A stretch of 64,000 nt of DNA from Rhizophagus irregularis (lineage: Eukaryota), in assembly GCF_026210795.1 (NCBI RefSeq), contig NC_089435.1, positions 4,526,001 through 4,590,000 of the forward strand. The letters run 5' to 3'. Shown here piece by piece: positions 52,209 to 64,000 of this stretch. The translations under genes and the position numbers were made by a program. Numbering within the stretch: the stretch's first letter is position 1; each line of letters starts with the position of its first letter. The notes beneath the pieces were generated by a model, which ran no database searches, was not told the origin of the DNA, and worked only from the letters and a program-made list of their open reading frames with translations.

Positions 52209-53129
52209 GATCTCTTTCTGGTAAACGGACTGGATTTTTGGATGTTGGATAGTTGACTCACACTGGCCTTCGGGTAAAGTTGGGGTATGCGATTCTGTAA
52301 TAGTTTAGTTTTTCTTTGCTTTAATTTATTTTAGTTTAGATTTCTTTACTTGTATGAGTCGTGAAGCTACTCTTTTTTATTTTTATTAGTTTATTTTCTT
52401 ATTTTTGTAATATTGTTCGATGTTATTTTCGAAGTTCTAAATATAAATAAAAGATAAAGTCGTAAGACTGTTTGCACAGGAAAAGGATAAAACTTGGGTT
52501 GGTCACCCTATCTTGGTGGTTAGTCACTGAGACCCTCATTAAGCCTGAGTATGGTGAGGTCGCAGGTTCGATTCCCATGACCACGGAAATAAAAAGAATT
52601 TTACTGCGGACGCTACAACCAATAGCGTGAAGGTACAGGATTAGTGTAGTTGGACTGCATCATGGTGAATTAGTGTGTACGGTTAGGCCGCACATTTCAA
52701 CTAAGGGTCATGGTGTCCTTCTAACGTTCCCTATGAGGCCATTGGTATGTGCGCAGTCCTGTCCTTGAGGTCGCTACTATACCTTAGGGGGACTTCCTGT
52801 CCGGGTGGTCGGCTCTACGATACCGCTTGGGGTCAGTAATGGCTAGATGGTCGTCCTAAATGGTAAAGCTGAGGGTGCAATGTCTTAGTGGTAGTTAGAC
52901 CTTCTGTTAGGTCTTAGACCAACCAAGGTGTTCGTGCACAGAACAGGTAGCATGGCTATGGCTTCGATTCCCTACTCCCTTGGGTCCTTTCGAGGAGAGA
53001 TCCCTGGTGGTTGATACCCACCATAAGGGGTGATCCTGGACAGATGCCTGCTACTTCCTGTCTGAGTGGTCACTACAAAGTATACCACTTGGGGTAAACA
53101 ACTGTACTATCGGTGCTAGGTAATCGCGG

Positions 53130-55528
53130 TAGGGTTGGTAAAATAACCGTTAGTTATGAATTTGGTTAATTAACCGGTTAATTAACGGTTAGTTAACGGT
53201 TAATTAACCCATAAATAACCTGTATATATAATTTTAAGGAAGTTAAAATAAATTTATAATTTATTAAATATTATAAAATTTTAATATATTTTATTTATTC
53301 TTCATCATCTAAATTAATAACATTTGCTTCAAATCCAAATATACTATCATTATCAGAACTATTATTATTATCATCTTCTTTATTTTCATTATCAGAACTA
53401 TTATTACTATCTTCTTCATTTTCATTAAAATTACTAATCTGTTTCTTTTTTTGTATTTTTACAAGTCTATTACACATTCGAAGATTTCCATAAATATAAA
53501 CTAATTTTTTAACACGTTCATTTTTCAATCTATTTCGAATTTTATTATGAATAAAACCAAAAGTAGAAAAATTTCTTTCTGCAGCTGCAGAAGATGTAGG
53601 AATTGAGAGAATTTTAATAGCCAGTTGTTGAAGTTTACTAGTTGGCCATGATTGCCACCATAAAGATGAATTAAGAATATTAGCAGATTTCCAAATAATT
53701 TCATTATCATAAGGTGAATTTTTATTACGAAAATTTACCAATTCAGCAAATAATTCTACTGCTTCTTCCTGATTAAATCTTTTATTTACAAATGTTGTAA
53801 ATTCTACATAACCAATAGATTCAACTTCATCATTTTTACTTTTTTCCAAAAATTGTGGATCTAACATATAAGCTGTTATCATAATAGGATGATAAGTATA
53901 TTCCCATCGCTTTGCAATAAGTTCTTGAAGTTTATCAGAAAAATTACAATCTATTTGATTAATTTGATTCATTACTTCTTTGAAATATGAATAAACATTT
54001 GAAAGAATTGAAATATCTGATTCAAATAACTTTAATGCTGAAACCATTGGTTCCATAATTTTTGTTATTATATCTAAATCTTCCCAAAACTCATCTGATA
54101 AAATATGAGCTCTTAAAGTTAAATCCATATTTTGACGAATTCTTATATCCATTAAAGCCTGTTCAAGTGCTGTTCTTGAATTTTGAAGTGATTGAAAACA
54201 AGCAAGATGTGTTCCCCATCTTGTAAGTGCTGGTAAAACCAATGCAATTTCTTTAGAATAATTTTCTTTTTGAATACGTTTCAATTTAGCTGTTGCCTGT
54301 ACATGTGCCTTAAAATAATTGACCAACTTTTTTGCATTTTCAACAACAGATTTAATTTGATCAATCTTTAAAATATCACTAATTAAAAGATTCATTACAT
54401 GAGAATTACATCCTAAACAAACAATACTTGGATAACTATCTTCAATAATTCGCCAAGCTGCTTTCATTACACTAGCTGTATCTGTAATAACTGCTGAAAA
54501 TTTATTAATACCAACAATTTCCATTTGTTTAATAATTTCATCTGCAACCCATTTAGCTGTATGAGATTCTTCACCAGAATAAATAGCATCAAAGAATAAT
54601 GGTTTTGGAGTACAAATAACAAAATTTTGAACTGATTCTCGATTAATATTAGACCAACCATCTGAAACCATTGTAAGAGATTTAGCTTGTAAAATTTGTT
54701 CATTACATTCAGCTTTAACTTCATCAAAAACATCATCAAGTAATTCATCAGCAAGTTTTCTTCGATTAGGTAATTTGAATGCTGGACGTAATTGTTGAAA
54801 AAACTGAATAACATAATTATTTTCAAGAAAAGAAAAAGGAACTCCAGCAGCAAATAATGCTTGAGCTAGTAAAATTTCAAGAGTATCTTGTTCTTCTTCA
54901 CTCATACGATCAACAAAATTCTCAATTGTTGTATTTTTTAAATGCTTTTTTGATGTTTTTACTGTAGGAATAAAAGTAGAAGTAGTAGCATCAGAAGTTT
55001 CTAATAGTTCAGGGAATTTGTTGTTTCTTTGTTTTTGCACTTTCTGGAGCTCTAGGACAACTATCATTAAGATGAACTTGCATTCTTTTAGCTGTACCTT
55101 GTTCAAAAACTTTAGAACAATAATTACAACGTACAGAAGGATGTGTTTTTTTCTTAGACCTACTACTTTCTTCATTACTTTCTGCTTCAGTAATTATTGT
55201 CCAATGTTTCCAAACAGTTCCCTTTTTTTTTACCATGATAATGAACAATAAATTTGCAAAAAAAAGTGTTTTTTTAAAAAAAATTTATCTTAAAAAAAAA
55301 GATCATGCAATATGTAGATCATAGATTTAATCAATATTTATATTAATTAATATTTAATTGTGTAACAAAATAATGGATTATCATTTAATCACATGATTTA
55401 AATTCTGCATTTTGATTGGCTAATTATAAATAACGGTTAATTAACCATTTTAAATCAATCATAACTAACAAAATTAACGGTTAATTAACCATGGTTAATT
55501 AACCGTGGTTAATTAACCCCCATCCCTA
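53130..55528 (-). mobile_element. hAT DNA transposon, ~2.4 kb
   Basis: termini TAGGGTTGG / CCATCCCTA; perfect 8-bp TSD AATCGCGG; subterminal TTAACCG/CGGTTAA repeats. Confidence 0.95.
53295..55248 (-). CDS. hAT transposase (BED finger + DUF659-like catalytic region + dimerisation domain); one frame break near 55020
   Basis: WKHW..CNYC..HLNDSC; SDGWSN; ITDTAS; CNSHVMNL; TRW; SSAAAERNFS. Confidence 0.9.
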
Positions 55529-55898
55529 AATCGCGGGCTGTAGTGGCCTTTGAGTGAGACTTAGTACCTAAAATGGTAGTATGGAAGGGTACTAGATGGT
55601 TGATGTTACCTGTCGAAAGTCCTCCATGAAAGTAGATGCTCTCTAAAGGTCGTTAAATAAATTGAGTATCAGTATCATGCAATAGGTATAGGATGAGTAG
55701 GCGGCGTGTGCTAGCTTCAGATCGGCCTAAAATGGCCCGATGGGAGATGTCTTCTATAGCGGTGCTCGTTACCTGAGGAATTAAGTACTGGTATAATGGT
55801 TGCCCATTGAAGATGATAGGACGCATACCCGCATTAGTCTCATAAGAGGCAATGGGTGGTCTGGCCGTAAACACTTGCAAAGGAAAAGGATAAAACTA

Positions 55899-56875
55899 GG
55901 GTTGGTCACCCTATCTTGGTGGTTAGTCACTAAGACCCTCATTAAACCTGAGTATGGTGAGGTCGCAGGTTCGATTCCCATGACCACGGAAATAAAAAGA
56001 ATTTTACTGCGGACGCTACAACCAATAGCGTGAAGGTACAGGGATTAGTGTAGTTGGACTGCATCATGGGTAATAGCGTGTACGGCAGGCCGCGCATTTC
56101 AAGTAGGGGTCGTAGTGTCTAACGTTCCCACTGTGCATGGGGCCATTGGCATGTGCGCAGTCCTGTCCTTGAGGTCACTACTATACCTTGGGGGGACTTC
56201 CTGTCCGGGTGGTCACTCTACGATACCGCTTGGGGTCAATAATGGCTAGATGGTCGTCCTAGATGGTAAAGCTGAGGGTGCAATGTCTTAGTGGTAGTTA
56301 GACCTTCTGTTAGGTCTTAGACCAGCCAAGGTGTTCGTGCGCAGAACAGGTAGCATGGCTATGGGGTTCGATTCCCTACTCCTTAGGTCCTGGTTGGTGA
56401 TCCTGGTGGTTGATACCCACCATAAGGGGTGATCCTGGACGGATCTGCTACTTCACTCCTGTCTGAGTGGTCACTACAAAGTATACCACTTGGGGTAAAC
56501 AACTGTACTATCGGTGCTAGGTAATCGCGGACTGTAGTGGCCTTTGAGTGAGACTTAGTACCTAAAATGGTAGTATGGAAGGGTACTAGATGGTTGATGT
56601 TACCTGTCGAAAGTCCTCCAATGAAAGTAGATGCTTCTCTAAAGGTCGTTAAATAAATTGAGTATCGGTATCATGCAATGGGTATAGGATGAGTAGGCGG
56701 CGTGTACCTAGCTTCAGATCAGCCTAAAATGGCCCGATAGTGGATGTCTTCTATAGTGGTGCTGTTAGCGAGGAATTAAGTCTTTCGGTATAATGGTTGC
56801 GATTGAAGATGATAGGAGCACGACCCGAGATTAGTCGCAGAGGCAATGGGTGGTCTGGCCGTAAACACTTGCAAA
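55899..56875 (+). mobile_element. tRNA-headed SINE-like element, copy 2 (intact, 977 bp)
   Basis: same head; second GGTTCGATTCC near 56365; flanked by GGAAAAGGATAAAACTA at 55882 and 56876. Confidence 0.88.
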
Positions 56876-58609
56876 GGAAAAGGATAAAACTACCACCATT
56901 CGATTCGTCTTCAGTGGCAGACCAATTCTAACAAGCTATGATACATCTTTGTACGATTATTAGATGCCAAGTTATTTAATATATTCTTTATATAACTGCG
57001 ATTATAAACGGTTCTTTTTAATATAAGATTTTTGAGGATAGGTGTGATAGTGACTATAGATAGATTGTGACTATATAGGATAGATTTTAATAATAAAGTG
57101 TTTTGAACATTCAACTGGTGTGACTATATAGTAGAATGTGACTATAACGGGAGTGACTATAGAGGGAGTTGACTGTACACCAATATGTTATTAATAAAAA
57201 ATTTTTTTTAAAAATTAAAGTAAATTTTTTAAATTATTTTATTTATAATTTAAATTTTAAGACATAAATGTAAATTTATTAAAGTTTTCAATTTAAATAA
57301 AATTTTTTATTATTTATCAAATTCTTCAACTTTAGAATCTTTATTTTCATTATATTGACATATAAATATTTATATTTTCATCTTATCAAAACACTTTTTT
57401 CAAAATCTAACTGTAACTTTAAATCTTAAAAACATATAATAATTTGTCTCTAATAGTAAGAAGATTAGGATAAAGCTGGCTTTCAGTTAGTAATTACACT
57501 TTTTACAGTAGACTAAACTCCTTTGATCAGTTGTAGTTTATAATAGTAAAGTAAGGTATATGAAACACTAATGTTCATTTTGAAATATATGGTCATTTTT
57601 TTCAAGTTTTTGTCATAATAGATGTATTGAAAGTGGGCATCAGAAATATTTGCAGAAATAACAAGACTGTGTATAAGCTCAACAATATCACAGTTAAGCT
57701 CTTTTTTTTGGTTAGCCATAATTTTTTTGTGATAAGATTTTATTTTTATTATATTCAGCAATCACGTGCATAATTGTTGCCTCTTTAATAACAATAACTG
57801 TAGTAACCTTTTTACGTAGTGATAAATCTTAAGTTGTTTCCAATATTGTCAAATATTTAAAAATTATTGATAAACGTGAATAATTACTTTTTTTCATTGA
57901 TTGTTAATTAAAAAAATTAAAAAATTTAGTCATATTCTGTATTATCTATAAAGTAAAAAAAGTGTATTTTTGTTGATAAAGTTAAAGGTAAAAATATTTC
58001 TTACCTATTATATAATAGTTATGTTCATATAACTTGATTGTTGATTTTTATGTAATATTACCAATTTAGGTAATAATTTTTATGTATCAACACTTTTGCA
58101 CTGGACTATATATTATTATGATTTTTTTCCTTTTTAGTTAATTAACCAATAGAATTTAAGCAAATCCTAAAGTAAGATTTCATATAAAAGTGAAATTCCT
58201 ACTGGCAACATATCTTAGTAGTAAGTAAAATCATAGTACAACCTAAATTAATTGTAAAAAAAAGCTAGTATATTTTATAAATATCATATGATCCAGCAAT
58301 TCAATTTTAATAAACATTTTTTTATTTTGATTAGCTTAATATAATTTACAATAACAAAAAAAAATTATTAAAATCAGATCAGATTACTAAAATTCTGATT
58401 TGATCTGAATTTTTAGGAGCTAATCTAAATGATTATATCATTATTATAAATAATAATACAACTAAAAAAATTTTTAGGTAACTGTCAAGATCTGCCTTAA
58501 AATTTGCCCAATAACTTTTCTAATAAAATGCTAAATTATTCCATTTATTTTACTTTATACTTTAAAATATTAAAATTAAAAATCATTTTTATAACAGCTA
58601 GTCTATTAT

Positions 58610-59785
58610 TAAAGCTCCTAACGGTTTAAGCCAAACTGGGAAACCGATCTGAAACTGGCTCAAAATTTGATTCAGTTCAGTTTGGGTATTAGAACCGAAA
58701 AATTGGCAGTTTGGTTCAGTTTAATCCAATTTTTTATAAAAATGTGAAAACCCAAATAGCCACCCATCTAGTGATCGTACAAAGTCAAGCCATATATCAT
58801 TGGATTCGTCTCAACAAAACGCATCAAATGGAGGTAAAATCATGTCTCTAACATCGATAGATCACACGTTAACCCACGCTAAATGTTTTATCAATAATTG
58901 AAATTAGCAAGCTATTTATCAGTGCTAGAGGCATGATCTTAGCACCATTCAACGCGTTTCAGTGAGACAAATCCAATGAATATAAATTCGTCCATGTACA
59001 ACCACTGGATGGCGAATAATGTCAAGTTTTGCATTTTTTTAAAATTTTTGAACGTTAAAAATTAAAAATACTGATACATGAATTTATTCGTTGTCCAATG
59101 GTCATACAAATATGAATTAGGACTCATTGGATTCGTCTCGATGAGACAAGTTGAATGGTGGTAAGATCACGTCTTTAGCATCAATAAATAGCTTGTTAAT
59201 GCCAATTTTTTATAAATCATTTAGCATAAATTAACATATGATCTATTGATGCTAGAGACATGATCTCACCACCATTCGACTTGTCTCATCGAGACGAATC
59301 TAATGAGTCCTAATTTATATTTGTACGACCATTGGATGACGAATAAATTCATGTATCGGAATTTTTAGTTTTTAATGCTCAAAAATTTTAAAAAAATGTG
59401 AAACTTCATATACAGACAAATTTATATTCATTGGATTCGTCTCACTGAGATGCGTCGAATAGCGCTAAGATCATATCTCTAGCATCGATAGATAGCTTGA
59501 TAATTTCAATTATTGATAAATTATTTAGTGTGAATTAACGTATGATCTATCAATACTAGAGACATGATCTTACCGCCATTCGACGTGTCTTGTCAAGACG
59601 AATTTAATGATATATGGCTTGACTTTGTATGATCACTAGATGAATGGCTATTCGATTTTTCACATTTTTATAAAAATCGGATTAAACTGAACCGAACTGC
59701 CGGTTTTTTGGTTTGGTTCTTACGGATTTCAGCTCTAATCTGAACTGTCTGTAATCCAGAACAAACTGACCTGTTCGGAGCTTTA
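58610..59785. mobile_element. hAT-type non-autonomous element with six internal palindromic modules
   Basis: TAAAGCTCC...GGAGCTTTA; TSD TCTATTAT. Confidence 0.88.
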
Positions 59786-59925
59786 TCTATTATACTAAGA
59801 CCCTGCCTACCACTAAAATATGTTATTAATAAAAATTTCACTTTCATATAAAACCTTACTATAGGATTTCCTGTCTGTAAAATTACTGCTATCATACTTT
59901 GAAGTAATTTTCTGTTCAGGTGGTC

Positions 59926-61239
59926 AGGACCTCAGAAAATACTTATATAGGTAAGGTCCCAAAAATATTTTTTATTAGTAGCTCTAAGCATATGTTTTTA
60001 CTATAATCGCTAAACATTGTTGATATTTAACCTTAAAAATTATATAAAAATAAGCAAATCAATCTTCTAACCTAATTAAATTTTTATTATAACACATATA
60101 ATTTATAAAATATATTTATTAATTAATATATTTTATTAAATCCAATTTTAAATATGTTGTGAAGCTAAACTAAACATAATATACAAGTAGATTAATAATA
60201 TTCAATTAATAAAGTTAATAAACAGTAAAAGAAAAATTTGAAATTAATACTATTACAAAAAATGTAAATTTCTCCATAAGTATTATACTTACACCCATAA
60301 AAATTAATATGTAGGTAGTTTCGACCTTGCTGAACAATTTTTCAATTAATTTAGAAAGTCGATTTCATTTGACCAAAGAGATGTAATTACGCTCTAACGG
60401 AGAAATAAAAAATTTGAAAGTTAGTACTATTATGAAAAATGCACTTTTCTCCATAAGTATTATACTCACACTCATGAAAATTAATATATAAGTAGTTTCG
60501 ACCTTGCTGAACAACTTTCAATTAATTTAGAAAGTCGATTTCATTTGACTGAAGTGGTGTAATTACGCTCTGAAGTTATAAACGAAAAAGTGAAAAATTT
60601 AAAAGTTATTACTGTTAAAAAAAATATGTTTTTCTATAAAAATATCATACTTAGCCTTATGAAAATTAAAATACAAGTAGATTTAACTTGCTGAACAAAC
60701 TTACTTAAGCATAAAAGATAATTTGATATAACCAAAGTGGTGAGTATTGAAATTATATTTAAAGTAAAACATATTTATAGTAATTTTACTATTTAACAAA
60801 ATAAACATGTATAATATAGTAATTTTATATTAAAAATAATACACTGAGTTTAATAAAAATTAAAAAGATACTATTAACAGATAATTAATAAAACATTGAA
60901 AAAAAAAAATGAAATTTGATCAAAAAAAAATTTTTGTTTATGTATTTATATAAAATTGTGAAATGTAGTATAAAATTAACACTCACCGTTAGTGAAAATA
61001 AAATAAAAATTAATTATAAATTCAATATATAATATTTTAAAAAGTTATATAAATATGAAAAATAAGCAACTAAAAACTCTTAGTATTTTAAAATAATACC
61101 AAAAATATGCAATTTAATTATCTTACATAGTATAAAATTTTCTTAAAATTAAGCATTATAAAATTCTTACATCATAAAACTTTACTATGTTGGCTAAGCA
61201 CCTTAGTACCTTACATATATAAGCATTTTCTGGGGTCCT
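59926..61239. mobile_element. non-autonomous TIR element with internal ~180-bp direct repeats
   Basis: AGGACCTCAGAAAATACTTATATAGGTAAGGT versus ACCTTACATATATAAGCATTTTCTGGGGTCCT; TSD not evident. Confidence 0.7.
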
Positions 61240-62138
61240 ATTGGAATCATCTCAATAAGACAAATCTAATGGTAGTAAAATCAAATTTTTAGGATTAATA
61301 GTTAATAAAAAATTAAATAAAATATAAATGATACATTTTTATATTTATATTTTACTTAATTTCTCATCAAGTATTAACCCTAGAAATGTGATTTTACTAC
61401 CATTAGATTCGCCTTATTGAGACGATTCCAATGAGCTATATTTTATCCCTTTCTGATTATTGGATCAAAAGTTAGCAAACTGCTTGATTGGTGATGATAT
61501 TTGGTGAAAATGCTAATCAGTTACCAATTGGTTACCAATTAGCTACTTAATTGGTGACCGATTGGTGACTGATTGATACCTGATTTTTCACTTTTCGATC
61601 TGTGCATAAAAATATTACTACCACTTTTTGACCATTAATTAGAGAATCGTAGAAATGTAATATATAACAGTATTTTTTATTTATTTTTTCTAATAACTTT
61701 TATTGTTAATAGTTATGAATAAAATTTCTTGGCAATTGAATAGAACATTAACAAAAATTGCAATTAATCTTCATTATTTTTTGCAATTATATTATCTTAG
61801 GTTAGAATACCAGTCAAGTATTTTTTGCTAAAATAATCGAATCACTTGACTTTTTGTTTTATTTTTTTACTTCTGATTGAAAAAGTGGGCAAAAGCCATA
61901 TTAAGAAAAATAATAGTAAGTTTTTTAAAAATATTAAGTTAAAAGAAATTTTTCTTAATAAATGCCACTAGTGTCAAATATCACTAGTAGAAAAATCTGA
62001 ATCTCTTAACTTTTTTTTACTTTTTTATAGCATATATAGTATATACTACATATATATATCATAAGGTATTATAAAAAAATTTTAATTTTTTTTTCCCTAA
62101 ATTTTCTACTCTTTTACTAATAATACTAGTGATACAGA

Positions 62139-62697
62139 TAAGGTTACCTGCCTAAACTTTTTCAAAATTCTACGATTAGTTTCTCCAAGATTTTACTATA
62201 GTTTTATTATAGTTTTGGTAAAGTTTTGGCAGTTTTGACATTTATAATAAGTTTCGTCAGGTTTCACCTTTCTCCTAGGGTTTCGATCTGGATCTGATCA
62301 ATCCAAATTCAAATCCGGATTCCCTTGTTTTTTGGACATCTGAATCTTACTTTTTTATAACGGATGAATCCGTTTTTATTAATTTGAGCCAGCACTATAA
62401 ATTTGGCCAGAGCTAGCAAATTTTGCAGACAGTTAATCTTTGACGTTTAATATTAATTCTGGTCAAAATTATAATTTTGGTCAGAGTTAAGGTCAAATTT
62501 AGAATCCGGATTCAATTTGAATTTGTAAGAGAAGATTCAGATTCTATCCAAATTGCTTTAAAAAATAGGATCGAAACCCTACTTTCTCCAGAGTTTCGAC
62601 AACTTTTTAATAAGACTTTCATATAGTTTTGGCAAAGTTTTACTATTTCAGTATTTTGCCAACTTACCAAAACCCCCTAGTTTCTCCAGCAATCTTA
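62139..62697. mobile_element. diverged family B MITE with nested insertion
   Basis: TAAGGTTAC...GCAATCTTA; TSD GATACAGA. Confidence 0.85.
62276..62581. mobile_element. hAT-type MITE
   Basis: TAGGGTTTCGATC...GATCGAAACCCTA; TSD CTTTCTCC. Confidence 0.9.
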
Positions 62698-63071
62698 GAT
62701 ACAGAAATAAAAAAATCTAATAATCTTAATAAGTATAATAAACATGTTATTAATTTTGTTACCAATTAATATTTAAAATTAATAATACTAATGATACCAG
62801 GGATAATAAAAATCCATTCTAATTCCTGTCCTAGTTGTTTTAATAACTTGGACAAAATTTTCTAGCAACTAAATGGGTTGACTATAATACATAGAATTAG
62901 TAGTAACCAGTAATAACAGTCGATGCAAAACAAATAATATAATCATAATTCTACGTATATGTAATGCATAAATTGGCATACTTCAGTATTAAAATTGTGT
63001 AAAAAATAACTATTCTAAAATATATACAGTAATAGTAAAATCTGTAAAATATTCATTAGGATAGCAAAATA

Positions 63072-63713
63072 GGACTCCGCGCCAGACATCACATATATAA
63101 CTCACATTTGAGTTTTAGCAAATTCAATCAAAATTAGGTTAAACTCATAATTTTAGAAAGAGCAAATTGATTGAAAATTAATTAATAGTCATAATTATGA
63201 GTTTTAGCAAATTGTATTAATTTTACAAAGTCATATTTTATATTTAAGCAAATTGGTACTTTTTTTTAAATTTAACTTATCCTTTGTTTTTAACTTTATA
63301 AATAATATTTTTAAAAATACTAGTTTCGTCCAGGTCATATTTTGGCCAAAATTAAGTATAATTCCGGCCAAAATTAAACATAATGCGGGCCAAAATCCGT
63401 CCGTTTAGTTTCGCAACATTTTATTTTTAATAATTTTATTTAATTTATATATTATTTTTATTAATTATTATTTTATCTATAATCGACATATTTTAATTAT
63501 AAAAATTGACAGTTTAATTTATATTAATCATTTATTTTTTTATTGATAATAAAAAAAAAGATTATTAACTTATATTTTGAGTTTTAGCAAATTAGTATAG
63601 ATTTGAAATGTGATGATTTGATTTTTAGCAAATTAGGTCTATTTTAGCAGGAGCAAAAAGTACTTAAATTCATGCAGATCAGTTATGAGTTATATATGTG
63701 ATATTCGGAGTCC
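63072..63713. mobile_element. Mutator-like non-autonomous element
   Basis: GGACTCCG..ATCACATATATAACTCA / TGAGTTATATATGTGAT..CGGAGTCC; 10-bp TSD TAGCAAAATA. Confidence 0.8.
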
Positions 63714-64000
63714 TAGCAAAATACAGAATTTAAATTTACAACAGCTCACAAGTTTTTAAATATGCAATTGAAAAAGGACTCCATTTATTTATAAGATAGA
63801 TTACTAGAAACTTAAGGTAAAATTTATAATTGAAAATTTTTAAAGATCCTATTATATGTAAATAAATTACACCTAAAAAAGGAAATATTATACTAAATTG
63901 TTATGATTTTTTTCCTTTTTAGATCAATTAACCAATAGGATCACTAGTAAAATTACTAGTAAATTTAAAATTTTTTCTAGAGACCTCTATTAAGAATAAG

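Larger units (their letters stand above)
44637..52478 (+). mobile_element. full-length non-LTR retrotransposon (LINE; APE-RT-RNase H)
   Basis: ORF1 + ORF2, flanked by GGAAAAGGATAAAACT at 44620 and 52479. Confidence 0.95.
52496..55881 (+). mobile_element. tRNA-headed SINE-like element, copy 1 (interrupted by hAT)
   Basis: A-box-like TGGTGGTTAG, B box GGTTCGATTCC; collinear with copy 2; flanked by target repeats at 52479 and 55882. Confidence 0.85.
43955..57175 (+). mobile_element. family A MITE, split into 43955..44636 and 56876..57175 by three retro-insertions
   Basis: near-identical to 10413..11373 on both sides; TA at 43953-54 and 57176-77. Confidence 0.95.

Noticed and set aside
52501..52585. 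functional tRNA gene (also ~55904-55988)
   Set aside because: Acceptor, D and T stems pair poorly, and it is the head of a TSD-flanked repeated element.
55608..55630. RNase P/MRP-like GAAAGTCC motif or hammerhead ribozyme in the SINE
   Set aside because: Only a short match; I could not find the partner conserved region or a CTGATGA core by eye.
55653..56033. short ORFs in the SINE copies
   Set aside because: They cross element junctions and the frames are not kept between copies.

Overview
Very AT-rich eukaryotic DNA with spliceosomal introns; gene and TE families suggest a fungus, probably Glomeromycotina/Rhizophagus-like (inference). It is mostly nested mobile DNA around three apparently intact host genes: a secreted HEXXH metalloprotease with a probable GPI signal, a 3-exon MAPEG-family gene missing from the ORF track, and an F-box/LRR gene. 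1-5.8 kb is a degraded virus/plasmid-like module: an AEP primase + UL9-like helicase, a 2-cysteine-adaptor-like ORF, a Cys-rich ORF and a tandem array. ~7.3-14.7 kb is a decayed CACTA/EnSpm element carrying two MITE insertions. The most striking structure is at 43.9-57.2 kb. There a Tc1/mariner-type MITE has received a full-length LINE and two copies of a ~1 kb hairpin-rich, tRNA-headed SINE-like element, all at one 16-17 bp site (GGAAAAGGATAAAACT[A], present four times). An empty copy of the same MITE sits at 10.4 kb, and a hAT transposon is nested in the first SINE copy.
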